This document shows positions 28,588 through 41,774 of a stretch of 64,000 nt of DNA, one piece after another. Position numbers and translations under genes: made by a program. This DNA comes from Ministeria vibrans ATCC 50519 (Eukaryota > Protista > Filasterea). The stretch covers positions 1 through 64,000 of the forward strand of contig CALSCP010002292.1 of NCBI GenBank assembly GCA_943704425.1, read 5' to 3'. The first letter of the stretch is position 1. Each line of letters opens with the position of its first letter. The notes below the pieces were generated by a model, which was not told where the DNA came from, did not search any database, and worked only from the letters and a program-made list of their open reading frames with translations.

Positions 28588-28761
28588 GGACGGAGAAGTA
28601 GTGCACAAGTAAGAGTATAGAACAATAGCAATAATATTTATTTGACCTTTCGACTTTGTTCATCGTTCCATTGACCATTCTTCAGTCTTCTTCACTACAA
28701 TTATTTTTTTTTACTAAGTTCTCTATTTCGCTATCCTCTGTTGGCTCTTTATCGCACCACC

Positions 28762-29647
28762 ATGGAGACAACGCCGGCGCTGACACCGCTCTCAACCACG
28801 GAGGAGATCAAGGTAGAAAACGCAATCCATGCAAAGACACGCCGTGCAGGGTTGGGCGTGGTCTATGTTGCAAGAGTGGCCATGGACCGTGGGCGCGGAC
28901 GTGGGCGAGGGAGAGAGTCCGTCTGTCGACTCGGGAGCTGAGACCTTCTGCTTCAAGTCGATTTCGCAAAATGGCTGTTCGTCCAGAGCAGAGTGGACGG
29001 CATGCCCGTCTCGGAGTGAATATGTCGTGGGGTGATGTGTGCATGTCCGCATTGCAGGGCGTGTGACACTTAGTGTGATGTGGTCTCTTCGACAGTGTTG
29101 AACGACAAGTTTTCTTTTGATGGTGTAGGAACTTGAATTGACGTACAATAAAGAGATCTACGGGACCCACGGGGCCTCTGTGGACACAACGTACGTGAGC
29201 CTTCTAGCGGAATGAGGCTGTATTGACTTCTTTCATGTGTTACAGGTTCGCATTCGCTTTCATTCTGGCGCGCTCGCCCTTCCGCGACGACGTTGCTCTT
29301 GCTCTGAGGCTCTTCAACGGTACGCCGCCCTTGGCGGTGATTGGGCGCATGCGTGGTACTTCACGCTGACTGTAATGGATGTAGATTTGACGCAGAGTGC
29401 GCCGGAGCGGAGGAATGAGTTGAAGTTCTTGATGGCTGCGAGTGCGTTTCGTCTCAAGCAATATTCGTCGGCCAAGGCGCACCTGAGCCAGATGATCAGG
29501 GAGGGCGGCGAACAGCGGCAGGCGGTGGCCCTGGCAGGACAAATTGAGCGTGCCATGTTGCGCGATGGAGTCACTGGGATGGCGCTCGTTGGGGGCGCTG
29601 TCGCGGTTGCTGCGGTCGCGGCGTGGGGTCTGCTGAGGCGGAGATGA
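28762..29647 (+). CDS. FIS1: Mitochondrial fission protein Fis1
   Basis: RFAFAFILARS, TPR-like core (AFRLKQYSSA), RQAVALAGQI, C-terminal TM anchor DGVTGMAL..GLLRRR. Confidence 0.85.
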
Positions 29648-29802
29648 TACGTCGTCTCAAAAACTCTCCTTGCGATTCAGAAATTCGTATAATTATTATT
29701 ATAATTGTGGTTGTTTCGAATGTACAGTGTCATAACGTTTATCAAGTACATATGTTCACAGTGTGCGCCTTCTTCTTCGTCTTCTTTCTTTCGAAAAGGC
29801 AC

Positions 29803-30382
29803 TTAGAAGAACCATTCGGTCAGTTGTTCAAAGGGACGTCGTCTGCGGTAGCAGCCCACAAAAGTGTCGTCAAGGAGAATGAGAAGAGCCACTACAGAGA
29901 GAGAGAGAGAGTGTGTGTGAGTGAATGAGACAGCGAGAGAGAAGCAAAGTGATGTTCGATTGCGTTGCACACTGCGCATGGTCTGTCTTACACTCCAACG
30001 AGCCGCTGATTTTGCGTACGGGCAGCAGCGGCTCGATCTCTGCGTCGGGCAAGTTGGCTTTCCCCTTGAGCGCCACACGAAAGACGTCTGCTCGCAGATC
30101 CATAAACTTGTCTGCTGCTCTGCGCGCACGCTCGTTGTCTGCACAGCAACACGACGGGCGTCAGCGCCATCCTCAACAACTCTTCCCCCGCCCATGTGTA
30201 CCAACGGGCCTGTCGGGGTCCGATGCGGCTTCGAGGATTTTCCTCTTGAAGTTGTCGATGGAGAGAGCGAACCCTGCGACCGTCACGGTGCTTAGCCCCA
30301 GCGAAAAGACGGCGACCTGCCCCAGACGCGATCGGGTTCCAACTCGGACCTCCGTCCTGATGCGATCAGCGATGTAGTTCAT
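29803..30382 (-). CDS. Small hypothetical protein (about 120 aa, 3 exons)
   Basis: Phase-consistent GT-AG model MNYIADRIRTEV..RPV|DVFRVALKG..GSLE|LALLILLDDTFVG..EWFF*. Confidence 0.5.
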
Positions 30383-30568
30383 TGTACGGAAGAGAGAACA
30401 AAAAGTGAAAGTTGTTGTGAGTCGTCCGTGAGTAGTAAATGTAGTTCCGACTCAAGCTCAGACTTTGTTTGTATCTTGACCTTACTTTGTACATATATAG
30501 TACGATCCACAAGTGTGTTTGGTGATCGACCCCGGACAGATTGGTGAAGGGGCCAACGGTGTTCTGAG

Positions 30569-33260
30569 ATGGATCCGATTCGCGTGAAGGACGCGACAGC
30601 CGTCGCCGCTGGTCTGTGTATGGTATTTCGCGCCTTTGCGCGTCGCATCGAACAGTAAGTTGGGTTCTATGCTCCGGACGCGCTCGCAATAAGGCACACT
30701 ACCAAGGAAAAAAACGCACAAAGTGGATGAGATAGCCATTCGCATCCGCACCACTCTCGTGTCTCACTCTCGTGTCTGCTTCCCTTGACGTATTTATGTC
30801 TATGGGCGGCCCGTCCGCATAATATACTAGTTGATAAACACCATCGGATGTTTTAGCCACGCGCCGGTGCTTACCGTGCCGCGCGACACGCCAACGCGCG
30901 ATTCTGTCAGGGCGCACGAGTCGTCGTCGACCGCACCACTCTCGCCAGTCTGCACCACGCCAGCCACCACGGCCACCCTTAGCATGGACACGCTACCAGC
31001 ATCTCCGCTGTTGACACCTGCACCGACGACGGAGCCCGACAGGCCGTCTGCCACACTCGAGATGGAGGAAGTACGCTCTCATCCACAGATCTTACTCCTG
31101 TGCTCTTTTCTCATGTTGTTCTTTGTTTAGGTACACTTGTCAGCAAAAGCACGCGAACGAGCCGTGCCGAGTGGACGACTCTCGCGAATGTTCCACTATG
31201 GCACGCTGGCGCTGGGACTGTCGGTGGACGTTGCCAAGTCGACAGCACGGCGAACTCTTCTTGGCGACAATTCGTCTGCGGGGGCATTGCTCTCGCCCGA
31301 GTCAGCCGATCGCCTAGTAACAACTCTTTGTCGCATGAGAGGTGCCGCTCTCAAACTTGGGCAAATGATCAGTATCCAAGGTATTCGATTTTCCGTTCGT
31401 CAAAGTATGCGGCTCTGATGGAATGTACCATAGACAACGGAGCAATTCCAGATGAAATTCTGCGCGTATTTGATCGTGTACGACAGAGTGCCGACTATAT
31501 GCCTCAGCGGCAACTTGACGTAAGGTTTCAGTCTCTGGTGGATTTTCGTGCTTTGTGTGGGTTTGTATCTAACGTACACACGCATACACCCACATAGAGT
31601 GCGCTCTCGAGCGAGCTGGGTAGCGAATGGCGAACGTTGTTTACTACATTTGACAGGCACCCTATTGCTGCAGCATCCCTAGGGCAAGTACACTCGGCCA
31701 CCATCGCCCTTCCCTCCCCAGACCCCACTAGTACCCTCTCGCTGTCTCCCCTTCGCGTCGCTGTCAAGGTGCAGTACCCAGGCGTCGCCCAGAGCATCTC
31801 TTCCGATCTCTCTGCTGTCCAGTCTCTTCTCAACCTATCAGGTCTCCTTCCAAAGGGGCTTTTTCTTGAAACAATGCTCTCCGTCGCACGGTATACACAC
31901 ACACACACACACACATATACGAATTTTTGCATATGCATCTGCTCAGTGTGCCTGTCTGCTCTGTAGCGATGAACTCGCGTGGGAAGTGGACTACTTACGA
32001 GAAATGGAGTTTATGGAGCGATTCCGGTCTGTTCTCGACGAGCAGTCGGGGTTTGTAGTACCCAGACCAATCGGAGAGCTCACGACAGAGTGAGTGAATA
32101 CTCATCAGCGCCTTTTCGTTGTTCACATCATTTTATTTTGTGTTTAGACGAGTATTAGTGTCTGAATTTGCAGAGGGAGTGTCATTGGAGCATACTCAAC
32201 ATTTCAGTCAGGAGACCCGAAATAGAGTGAGGCTACTTTTCACAAAAAAACAAAAACAAAACAAAAAACTGACACTGTGTTGTTTGTTCAGATTGCAGAA
32301 CGAATGTTAGAATTGTGTTTGCGAGAACTGTTTGAGTTTCAGTTTATGCAAACAGACCCCAATTGGAGCAACTTTCTCTATTCGCCCAAAACAGATCAGG
32401 TTCGGCGCAAAGCAATCCCTTAACAATCATTGTTCAAACAGTTTTCTGTTCTGTTGTTAGATCACTCTGCTTGATTTCGGTGCTTCTCGAGCATTTGATG
32501 ATTCGTTTCTGGATCCTTATCTGCGCACCATTGAATGTGCTTCTGTTGGCGATCGGTCCGTTTCCTTTGAATCTCAATTGTTTCGCTAAATTATTATGTG
32601 ATTGTGCATTTGCAAGGTAGCGTTTGAGCCTGTTCCCGCGATCAGTTNNNNNNNNNNGAGGTTGTTCCCCCTGGGTGGTGGTGGTGGTGGCGTGTGTGTG
32701 TGTATGTGTTAGGGAGGGAGTAACGCGCTATTCGCACACGCTTGGCTATCTGACGGGCAACGAAACACAAGTAAGCAATGTACAAGACGCAACAAGAAGC
32801 TGTTGACTGACGTTGGTGGGTTGTGTGCAGCCGATGGTGGATGCGCACACGGAGAGTGTCATGTTGCTTGCGCGACCCTTTGCCACCGATCTTCCCTTTG
32901 ATTTCTACCGACAAGACGTCACATCTAAAGTGCGTCAACTTATTCCCGTCATGCTCCACCAGCGACTCACCGTAAGCCAGAGATCGTTTTTTTTATTCAT
33001 AGTTTGTGCTTAGCATTTGTGAGTGTGAGTGTGAATGGATATAATATATATATGTGTGTGTGTGAATTAACCCTGTTCACCAGGCTCCTCCGCGCGAGAC
33101 CTACTCTCTTCATCGGAAGTTGTCCGGGACCTTTCTTCTCTGTGCTCGACTGCGGGCCAATATATCGTGCGGTCCGGTCTTTCGTCGCTACTCGGAGATG
33201 TATCGCGCTCGACTCGCAGCCCAATCAAGCGAACCAACCAGTAGAGACGTACCAATTTAG
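30569..33260 (+). CDS. COQ8: Atypical kinase COQ8/ADCK3-4 (ABC1 family)
   Basis: [69 protein letters not shown]. Confidence 0.93.
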
Positions 33261-33455
33261 TCACGACCAATTTCATTGGGGCATGTGCTATGATTCACAA
33301 CCTGTGGATTTTTTTTGTAAATACTGAAGAAATGGCGCCTGTTTTGAAATTCGTTGATGAATAATATTTTTTCGTTATTATTTTTTTTTTCTAATTTCGA
33401 CACACGGGCTCTTTCTCTCTCTATCTCTCTTGCTGCTCTCGTTTGCTGTTGTGCC

Positions 33456-34536
33456 ATGTCAGAGCTCCCTATTGTGTGGGAGGATGTCCTGAATGCCGTT
33501 CGTTCGGCTGCGAAACAAAGTGAATCTCTTCTCGAAGTAAGGACCACGGCCACAATCGGCGACCCCCCACCATGGCAGGTCACCATCACACGCATACGCG
33601 CGCTATGCAGACGTCTTGCTCCTGCAACGCGTCTTTGTTTGTCTCCTACTTGTTGTCGACGAAGCCAAATGAGGAGAAAATGATGTGCTCTCCTTTCTCA
33701 GTGGCCTCTGTTTGCGTGTAGGATTGTAGAGACCGTTTGCGTCTGGCAGTGAAGCGCGAGAAATCGCTGCAAGAAGAGCTGGAAAGGTTCGAACGGCAAA
33801 CGCGTTCGGTTTTCGCGCTGAATGTGTTTTTCTCTCCTCATTTTCAGATTACGCGGCGAATGCGCAGCGCTCAAGCGGGAGAGTCAGTCGGACGACAGCA
33901 TGCTTCGACAAGAGTTGCGTAGGTAGGGAGCCGGTCGTTGTCATGGCCTGTTGCTGACCGTGTGGCGTTTTCGCAAAACAGCGTCCGTTGCGAACGCGAT
34001 CTGTTCAAGGCGCAGCTGGAAAAGAAAAAGACCGAGGTGCACGAGAGGACCGTGCAGCAGGAGCGCGATGAAGCATACGTTGCCAGGTGGAAGAAGTTTG
34101 CCGAGGCAGTTCGAAGTACGCACTGATGGCATACTTGTGTACAGTTACAATAGTTAATAGCACTCATGTTGTAGAGAAGCGGGAGAAGCAACAGATCGCA
34201 TCCACTGGTGCCGGCTATGTATCATCAGTGACGTCTCCGGCATTCACTGCAACTGATGTTACACCGCCCACCGCTACCTCAACCACGCCAACAAATTCAT
34301 CTGTCACACCCATTACGCCACCGCCCTCTGTGCGTCGCGCTCCGCTGGTGTCTCTCATATCTCGTCTGGACGACACGCCGTCGTCCCCACGCAAGGATGC
34401 TGTTAGAAAACGTGCGCGAAGTGAAGACGAAGCGGATGAGGAAGAAGAGGACGAGGATGAAGAGGAGACGCGAGGGTACGACGACGTGGAGGAAGTAGCA
34501 GAGGCAGCAAGCAGCACCAAAATCAACAGCAACAGC

Positions 34537-34572
<36 letters not shown>

Positions 34573-35590
34573 AGCAGCTGTAATATCGACTTTCCCACCA
34601 CTAGCACTAGTTCCACAACTGCCAGTAGCGAGACGCCCATATGTATGACGACGATGCGGACGTCGCTGAAACGGTCGCGACATTCGCTGACTCTCGATCG
34701 AACCAAATCGGCGCGTCGTTTGCGCTACAACAGCACGGTGACCGTGCACGATGCAGTCACAAAGGAGTGCGTGAAGGAGCCCCTCGTGGCCGGCAGCCAG
34801 TCGACGGAAGATAGCCAAAACTGTGTGCGCACGGTCGTGGACGAGTCATCCATCAAAAAAGTTGCTGGCGGACCATCCTTGTCGATTGGCGACGACGAAG
34901 ACGACGACTCGCCCATGCGTCCTCCTTCACCTGCCTTTCCCATGAGTTCTGTCGTTGCCAAGGAACAACAAAAGCGCTCTCCCTCTTCGTCGGATGCAGA
35001 AGATGCAACGGCACACAAGAGCAATGGACACGCGGAAGACGACGAGGACACCACCGCCGAGTCTCAGTCTCAGTCTCAACACAGTGTCATCTCTGTGCCT
35101 TCCTACTCCGCCTCCATCGCATCTTTTCCTCTTGATCAACAACAACAACCGCAACAACATCAACAACAACAACAGCAGCAGCAGCAGCAGCACCACCACC
35201 ACCACCAGTTAACAAAGATCCAACCGCAAGCGTCATCACAAATGTCCACCGTCGTGCGCCTCTCACCGGCTCTCAATACACCGCAGCATCGTATTTATGG
35301 CAATCTCGGGTTCAACTACTCGGCAGCCGTACGTCACAAGGAAGACCGCGTCAATCTCTTTGCGGAATTCTGCACCGAATGCGTTGAGGTAATCCAGCAT
35401 GAGCGTTCACCGTTGCCCCACTCATGTACTCAACTTGTTGTAGTGGTACCGCAGTGTCTACAACGGCGATGAAGAAAAAATGTACGAGGAGCTGCATCAA
35501 ACGGGGCGCCACCGACACGTCTGCCCGCGCACGCGCCCCCTCGCCCCCGGCTACTGGAGCGTCTCCTTTCGTGACTCCGGCGACTTATAA
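33456..35590 (+). CDS. RBBP8: CtIP/Sae2-like DNA end-resection factor
   Basis: N-terminal coiled coil; C-terminal AVRHKEDR..CTEC..RHR..PGYWSVSF matches the CxxC/RHR Sae2-like domain. Confidence 0.75.
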
Positions 35591-35760
35591 TGTAACTACT
35601 ACCTTTACCGAAACCTGTCCTTTCCATACTTGTGATTACCAATGCGATTTATATGCTCACCAGCACACACATTATAAAATTGATTTACACGACAGACGGA
35701 ACACAATAATTATTATAGAATAAATTTTTATATTTTATTACTCACTCTTTGTGAGCACTG

Positions 35761-36530
35761 TTAAAACATGTCGTCTTCATCGGCGGTGAGTTCTTCGAGA
35801 CGCACAAAAGTCTTAGACTGTTTGCCCGATGAGGAGGTACCGGTGCAGCAGCAAAGAACGCGAGCCCAAAAATTCGAATGGGGTAGCTGGGCAAAACCGG
35901 ACTGGCCGGCGATGAAGCGACGATAGGAGATGCCGAGGATGCAGTAGAGAGCGAGGACGCCAAAAAGAGCACCCGCCACTGCACCGACAATGAGCGCAGA
36001 CGACACGGACGAGCCTGACGCACACGGCGGAGGAGTGCGCACACCGCACGAAGCAATGGCCGCATCAAACGTATCAAGAGCATTAGGGCTGGTCGAGAGC
36101 AAGTCAAAGGTGCTTCCTGCACAACAGCCTAGCGAATCAATCATATCCTGCGCTTGTGTCACACAATCGGGTGGACATGCGTCCGCGCCGTGTATGGTGC
36201 GGTAGTCCTTCCAATACGTGATATTGTAGCAAAAGTCATTCTGCACAGCAACCTGCTGCGTCTCTTGCAGCATTGCGTAGTCCACCATTGCTTCGGAGCA
36301 AAACTGTCCATGCGCATTCTTGGTACACAGATACTCAAGTCCCTGCAATGCCTGCGCAGCGTCCGCAGCGCCTGTCACATTGGTCGTCGATTCAGTCATG
36401 CATTGTGTGAGAACATGAAGAAACTGAGAAGAACAAAGACAACGACAAAAGTGAGTGAGAGAGACAGGAAGGGAGGGAAAGCAAAGCGTGAGAGAGAAGA
36501 AGAAGAAGAGCATGTTTGTATGTGTGTAAC

Positions 36531-36626
<96 letters not shown>

Positions 36627-37185
36627 GAGGACACTGGATCGCACCTTGGGCCAGCAGCCGCTGGGACATATCACTCCGTTGAAAATGGTCACAACTTCTT
36701 GACCGGCGGCTTTGACTTGGGGCAAGTTGTTTTTGATCACATCGCACTCTGCGCCCTGCGTGAGCACGTCGGAGCATGCCCCCACCTGCAGTGTGATGGG
36801 GTTTGCGTCAGAGACTACAAAAGGGGGAAATCCGCTCACCTGTTCAAGCACCGCAATGTTATCGGCCCCCATGAGGTTGTATGCCTTGAACAGCACTGCC
36901 CCGCATTCGTTGTTGTTCAGCGTGAACTCGACAAAGGCCTACGAGGGAAGCGGGAGGGTCGGAAGTGGTCAAAATAGGCGACAGACGGAAATGCGGGTCG
37001 CGACGTACACTCTGGCACGCCTGCTGCGTGCTGTCGGTATCGACGCCGCCAGTGTCGGTATTGCGCGTGCGGACGCTGTGGGCAATCACCAAGGCGTTTG
37101 TCATCTGGAGATGTTGCGAAAGCAGAGTGTCTTCGGACGCAACGCACACCGCCGCGAGGGTGCCAAACAGGATAGCACAGCGCAT
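35761..37185 (-). CDS. Type I membrane protein: Cys-rich ectodomain, CD-M6PR/ATG27-like cytoplasmic tail
   Basis: Signal peptide MRCAILFGTLAAVCVA; TM; YCILGISYRRFIAGQSGFAQLPHSNFW; acidic end EDDMF. Confidence 0.65.
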
Positions 37186-37391
37186 CGGCAACAGTGGGGC
37201 AACGTAGAATGCTGATCAAATAATGTACTGCGAAGACAGCGAAGTGCGAATCAGATCAGCGAGTTTCGAATGAATCGAATCGAAAGCTTAAAAAGTGAAA
37301 AAATAATTTTTCACACATTTTGGCGCTGCCCCCTTCTTAGCGCGTCAAGAGATCGTTCGTATAGCGACAGGTGTCTACAGAGTGGAGCATC

Positions 37392-39088
37392 ATGTCGAAG
37401 CGCGGGCGCAGGGACGAGCAGCAGGCAGCACGCAAGCGCAAGCATGCCGACACGGACGCACGCGACACGGTACGCGACACACGCGCCCCCGCAGGCCCCC
37501 GCGCCCCCCTGGCCACGCTCGCTGGCGTGCGTGCTTCCTCTCTGTGTCTTTGGCTGCTCTCACTCTCTGTGTCTCTCTCTCTCACTTTGTCACTTCGTCA
37601 CTTTGTCATTTTGTCAATTTGTCAATTTGTCTCCATCTCATCTCTCACTCTCACTTTTTCTCCCTCTTTTCTTCAGCTTCTTGCTGAGATTCGTAAACTC
37701 GAAGACCAAGTCAAAGAAGATCTCAAACACGCCAATGGCATTGCGACATTGCTCGATCATTTTCAAGTACCCTCTGACTAATTGTGACACTGCCCACTTC
37801 ATACTCACACATCCTTCTTCTCTCTATCCACATATACTATTCATTCTTCTTCTTCTTCTTCTTTTTCTTCGTCTCTCTCTATCGCTTTGTTTCTTTCTCC
37901 TTCCTTTCTCTCTCTTTCTCTCTTTCTCTCTAGGATGAGAGACGACGTGTGGCGCATGCTGCGATGCATTCGCTTCATCGAATTTTTCAAACTGTCATCG
38001 CTGACGACTTGGACGGCTGTCAGAAGATGAAGAAGAAGCAGGAGGAGAAGAAGAACAATAAGAAGAAGAAGTCGAAAGATACCGCGGGGATGGGGGATGA
38101 TGATGACGACGACACGGCGGCCAGTGCCGTTGCTGACTGGCTTCGTGCGCGTCGTCAGGACTTTCTTCGTGCTGTCGTTGCCGCTGTCCATCGCGAAGGA
38201 ATCCGCGTGCCCGCACTACTCGTGCTCATGGAACTGGTGCGAGGAGAGAGTCGTCGACTGGGACGTTTTGCCACCGCATTGTTTCAGCGTGTGATCGAAA
38301 CGCTGCTCAAGCTAAATGGAGGTGGTGAGGCGGACAACAATGAGACGGAGGGCGCCAGTACAGCTGCCGTCAAAAAGACGCTGGTTGGCGGCGAGGAGGA
38401 CAACCCACTTGATCGGTTCGTCGAGGACTTTCTCAAGCAGTTCGACGACGTGCGCATGTACACATTGCGTGCGATTGCCACGCACGTCCAGTCGGACAAG
38501 CGCGTTTCGACTGCTCTCCTTCGCAACGCCTTCTCCATTCTCTACCGTCTCAACATGTGCTCGGCCCAAGAGGACCTTACCAGCTTCTTTGTCGAAGAGG
38601 ACCAGACTCCCGCATTGCGTTCGCTCATCGAGCACAGGTATTGCGAAGTCGGAGTCGCTGAGAGAGCAACAAAATGACACACACTCTCTCTAATTCTTAG
38701 ACGAGCATTCTCGGACTGTTGGATTGGATTCCTGCGACACGCGCTGCCCATTGAGCTGCACAAGCGAGTGCTGGTCATTCTGCATGCTGATGTCATGCCG
38801 CACCTGATCAACGCCAAGCTGCTTGTCGACTACCTGTCCGACTCGTATGCTCAGGGCGGTGTGTGCTCTCTCCTGGCCCTCAACGGCATCTTCATCCTCA
38901 TGCAGCATCACCACCTTGAATACCCCCGCTTCTACGCCCGTCTTTACGCCCTCTTTCAGCCCTCCCTCTTTCACGTCAAATATCGCGCTCGCTTCTTCCG
39001 TCTTGCAAACACGTTTCTTTCCTCCACGTAAGATCACACTCACACATACACATACGTACAGACATACCTTCTCATGAAAATTGGCATC

Positions 39089-39174
<86 letters not shown>

Positions 39175-39902
39175 AATGCCACAGACATCTTCCGGCATAC
39201 CTTGTGGCGTCGTTTGTGAAGCGGCTGGTGCGCCTGACCCTGCATGCGCCCCCGCACGCCCCCGCCCTTGTCATTCCCTTTGCCCACAACATGCTCCGCC
39301 GCCACCCCATGTGTCGCGTTCTTATCCATCGTGGATCTCAGTCCACAGTCCTTAAAAATATCGAAATTGAATCTGGTACACCCACACACACACATACATT
39401 TATACATACAAGGAGGTTGTGTCTTGGCGTGGTGACTGTATAAGTGGGTTGCATTCTTCTATATAATTATATTTTTATATATGACTACTTTGTTTCTTCT
39501 CTCTATTCCTGTATTTTCTTCTCTCTTTTCCTTCCTTCCTTACTTGCGCTTTCCTTTTCTATTTTTTTTCTCTCTCTCCGTCTCACAATTTGTTTCCTTC
39601 GCCCTTTTTTTTGTCTGTTAAACCAATTTTTGAACTCTGTAGAAACCAAAAAGGATCCGTTCAACTTTGAGGAGACAGACCCACAAAAGACAAATGCCAT
39701 TGACAGCTCACTTTGGGAACTTCAAGTACGCGACAACCAGTTCCACATACATGCACACTCTAACGACCCCATTCGTCTCTTTAAGATTCTCGACGATCAT
39801 TTCATGCCGGAAGTGGCGCGACTCGCTCAGATGTTCCGGGCCAAGTTTACGGGCAAACAGGAACTGGATCTTGATCCTTTTGTCAGTGTCTCTTACGATT
39901 CG
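37392..39902 (+). CDS. NOC4L: Nucleolar complex protein 4 (CBF/Mak21 domain), last exon missing
   Basis: SLLALNGIFILMQHHHLEYPRFYARLY, KYRARFFRLANTFLSS, HLPAYLVASFVKRL, AIDSSLWEL. Confidence 0.9.
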
Positions 39903-39968
39903 GTCAGTCCATCGGTCGATCAAGTGTCATTTTGAAACTCATCGCCTTCCTTATTCCTTTGTTCCTTC

Positions 39969-40020
<52 letters not shown>

Positions 40021-40131
40021 CTTTGTTTCTTTCCCTCTCCTTACTCTCTCTCTCTCTCTCTCTATCACTTTGTTTCTTTCCCTCTCCTTACTCTCTCTCT
40101 CTCTCTATCACTTTGTTTCTTTCCCTCTCCT

Positions 40132-40167
<36 letters not shown>

Positions 40168-40246
40168 CTTTGTTTCTTTCCCTCTCCTTACTCTCTCTCT
40201 CTCTCTATCACTTTGTTTCTTTCCCTCTCCTTACTCTCTCTCTCCT

Positions 40247-40376
<130 letters not shown>

Positions 40377-40413
40377 ATATTTATATGTTTTTACTAAAAC
40401 TCTTTTTGCTTAG

Positions 40414-41733
40414 CCGTCGAGCGAGCCGGAGGAGATCATTGACATGCGATCGTGTATGGCCGACTTTGCGTTTAGCTACAAGAAACGACCGCACGTGTTT
40501 CGTGCCAAGACGGCAGACATGAGGCAGTATTTGTTGCAGGCGACCGACGACAACAGCATGTCGCAGTGGGTGCGAGCCATTCAGGATGCAAGCACCCAGC
40601 TTGGGACCGAGGAGGAAAAAGTCAAAATGCTAACGCGCCACCTCGAGGATTTGTCGCACGATGCCGACCATCGACGCAACACCAAAGTTGACGTGTCCAC
40701 GACAGACCTAGATGCCGTAGAACTGACAGATGTGATCAGCAGCGACGACGAAGGTGCATCGGGTGGCAAGAACAAGGCGCGGCGTCAGAACACGGCCGGC
40801 AGCGAAAGTAACCTCTCCTTGGGCAGCGAGCGCAGTAAAAAGAAGCTTACGCAGAAACTGGGTGGGCTGTTTCGCGGCGGTGGTGGTAGTGGTGCAAGTA
40901 GCAAGCGCACGTCGCAGGCCGTTGAGGAGACTGCAGCAGCGGCGAGTGCAGCAGCGGCTCTCCCCGAGTCGACCTGCTTTGGTGTCGACATGGAGGATTA
41001 CATGGAGTTCCGCGACGACGAGGGCATTCTCATGCCCGAAGTCATACTCAAATGCATCGAAAAAGTTGAAGAGTGCGGAATGCAGTCCATGGGAATCTAC
41101 AGGTACGAACATAATTATAATAAAAATAGAAATAATATAATTATATTAACTCTTTTTTTTAAAAAAAAAAAAAAAAACTCTCTGTGTAGAGTGTCTGGAA
41201 ACTCAAGCGAGATCCAAGAGCTCAAGAAACAGTTTAACACAGGGGCACATGCAGTGGACTTGTCCGGCGTCACAGACGTTAACAATGTCACTGGCGTTCT
41301 GAAGGTGACCTACTTAGCCATTCGTATTAATGTATCAAATGCGATGTTGATCCTTTTTTTTTCGCGTCTCTCCTTGCTTGTAGTTGTATTTCCGCGAATT
41401 GCCTGATCCATTGATGACGGACAAGTTTTATCGAACGTTTCTCAACTCGTTTCGAACGGGCACGCACGACGAGAAGTTGTACGCGATGAAGGACACTCTG
41501 GCTCAACTGCCGCTGCTCAACCGACGGGTTCTCAAGACACTGGTGGAGCATCTGTCGCGCGTGTCGCAGTACGAGGCCGAAAACCGTATGGCCGTGAGTA
41601 ATCTAGCTATTGTGTTTGGTCCGACCATTTGCCGACCAGCCGTGGAAGACCCTACCCTCATGATGATCGATATGAATGTGCAGGTACACCATTTGATTAG
41701 TAATGGTGTGGGTTATGTTCTTCTCAACACTTT

Positions 41734-41774
<41 letters not shown>

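Noticed and set aside
28813-29128. Long GC-rich FIS1 intron as a possible snoRNA or RNase P/MRP host
   Set aside because: No convincing C/D, H/ACA or CR-I/CR-V motif set found by eye.
40011-40230. Regularly spaced repeats as a CRISPR-like array
   Set aside because: Spacers are low-complexity CT, the context is eukaryotic and no cas genes are present.
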